A stretch of DNA of 64,000 nt, from NCBI GenBank assembly GCA_047495785.1, contig JBLDXI010000013.1:2480001-2544000 (forward strand). Direction: 5' to 3'. The notes below the pieces were generated by a model, which saw nothing but the letters and a program-made list of their open reading frames with translations, made no database searches and was not told the DNA's origin. Shown here piece after piece: positions 62,447-64,000 of this stretch. Position 1 is the first letter of the stretch. Each line of letters opens with the position of its first letter. Both the position numbers and the translations under genes were made by a program. The DNA is from Lepidodermella squamata. Lineage: Eukaryota; Animalia; Gastrotricha.

Positions 62447-63163
62447 TCAAGAGTAAAGCATCAGCGTGAAGCACGTTATGTTGATTGCGACAGCTGCGAC
62501 TGTGAGTAGGCCATAACAGCAGATGTCTAGAATTCTAATTAGTTGAATCTTGCCGAAACACCTGGTTGAAACTGAACGGGTAAAACGGGAAGTCTGGGCC
62601 AGGCCGCATGCTATAATTGCGTAGTTGGTACATACGACGCCTATGGTGTTCAGCGCAACTTGCTGAACTACCATATATGTGATATCCGAAGACTGCGGGA
62701 TTGAACTGGTAACCTGGTCTTGCAGGATAGTTAGGGCTAACATCACCGTCAACGAGACAGCTGGCCGATCTGGCATTTTAGCATCATGCTGAGCAGGAAA
62801 AAACCGGGTAAGGTCATGGTAATAAAAAAACGCTGCGGTTGTCGCTTCATTTTGACAGTGAAAACCAGCCGATCGTAGGGTACGGAGTACCCACGGTAGT
62901 TCACTTGAACCAGAGTTGCGTTGACATTCTCGACTACTTTCCAAATATCAGCCACGCCGCTGAAATCATCCTCGAGATCAGCGTAAGTAGCGTTTAATGA
63001 TACGAGGTAATTAGACTGGACAGATTCGAGGGTAACATAGCACGTCTGAGAGTCGAACGGAAATTTTTCAAGTTGGAGCTCGCAAAAAGAGGTCAGCTTA
63101 GTTATGACTTGCCATCGAATGGATCCCGTTGCATAGAAGTAGAGTCGAGCTGTCTCTCGCTGG
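62447..63163 (-). pseudogene. 3' exon of a Cys-loop ligand-gated ion channel subunit (nAChR/5-HT3-like), frameshifted; 5' part not found in window
   Basis: Acceptor at 63164; Cys-loop CELQLEKFPFDSQTC, pre-M1 KMKRQP, M1 in one frame, then M2-M4 (PDRPAVSLTVMLALTILQ...) in another frame; break at ~62775-62790. Confidence 0.75.
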
Positions 63164-64000
63164 CTACAAAAGGAAAAAAGGTTCCTAATTACTTACAATC
63201 GATCCATTCTCGACAGTCAAATGAAAAGGAGAATGAGCCGATATTTTGAAGGGATGTTGTGCCTTCAATTTTGAACAAAACAGATTCAAAACTTAGCAAG
63301 GAAGCGAATCAAGGAAAAAAAATCAGGCAAGCAAACTGGCACACCATACTAAATCAGTGGTTCTCTTCTACTCTTTTCTACACTTCGAAAAGCATTGGTG
63401 TGCCAAATGTGATCATTCATTCTTTTGACCTAAACCAGTGCTCCGCAAACTCGGTTGGGGCAGTTCATCGCGGCCGGAGAGCTTTTCTACAATGATGGCT
63501 GGAATGCGGCCGGCTACCCCGTTTCCTTCGATCATGACGCGAAATCATCCTATTTAAGACTATTTTCAGCCCATTATCAGTAAAATACCGTTAGCTAGAG
63601 CTCGCTTCGCTCGCATGTATTTTCAACCTCTGGTTTGCTGGGTCCAGTGTGGCAATCTTGAGCATTTCCTCTCATCTTTGAGTACCTATGTTCAAGTAGG
63701 AAACAGGAGGGACAAAACAATGTATGTGAGTTGAAGCCAAGACCCCCAGGAGCCATGTGGGGTAATCCTCGGGTCGCAACTGTGGCCCGTTCAGGTAAAC
63801 ATATGGACCGCAAATAATCGCATAGGAAGTACCCATAGAGCTAGTTTTAAGATAGAGGTCCTACTCCTGACTAAGGCTGTAAACGCCATGGGCACCAGAT
63901 GTTGTGATGAATCAGCATCGAGTGGTTGGAAAAGTAAACAAATCAGGTGATTTTCGATCGCTCATTATTCTTGAACGATTAGTCATAGTAAACAATTCCC

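Noticed and set aside
63355-63520. CAGTGGTTCTC and CAGTGCTCCGCAAAC..GCGGCCG hAT-MITE-like starts upstream of the LGIC exon
   Set aside because: No matching opposite terminus inside the window
1-64000. CRISPR arrays, tRNA, rRNA, snRNA/SL RNA genes, transposase or reverse transcriptase ORFs
   Set aside because: None recognised by eye; an SL RNA could be missed without knowing the leader sequence

Overview
Gene-dense eukaryotic (invertebrate animal, probably spiralian) genomic DNA, mostly with short (~50-60 nt) GT-AG introns. I reconstructed 18 intact protein-coding genes by hand-splicing: a triple-PAN/Apple secreted protein, a CCP/sushi+VWA-like secreted protein, Robo, PTPA, CDK5, TAF13, spastin, OTUD3, a myristoylated FMN-reductase-like protein, VPS15/PIK3R4, FPGT, DDOST/OST48, glycogenin, a nuclear receptor, a PRODH2-like dehydrogenase, a single-Ig membrane protein, a stand-alone ATF7IP-type FN3 protein and atypical PKC. 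WRAP53/TCAB1 is also present, plus a frameshifted Cys-loop receptor at the right edge. Highlights not visible in the ORF track: (1) a ~4.5 kb mosaic (20431-24956) of five gene fragments, three copied from genes 12-30 kb away in this window, with a synonymous-substitution excess suggesting a collapsed, once-functional duplicate; (2) a TA-flanked Tc1/mariner-type MITE whose removal restores a 4-exon unannotated gene; (3) the nuclear receptor has two tandem DNA-binding domains with an unusual CTPCKK P-box; (4) three related box C/D snoRNAs in consecutive DDOST introns, with guides for the 28S A-loop Um and a U78-type Gm; (5) same-strand clusters with 98-303 nt spacers and unpaired splice acceptors just before the ATGs, suggesting operons resolved by spliced-leader trans-splicing. 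All gene models and homology calls come from manual reading and recall, not database searches.
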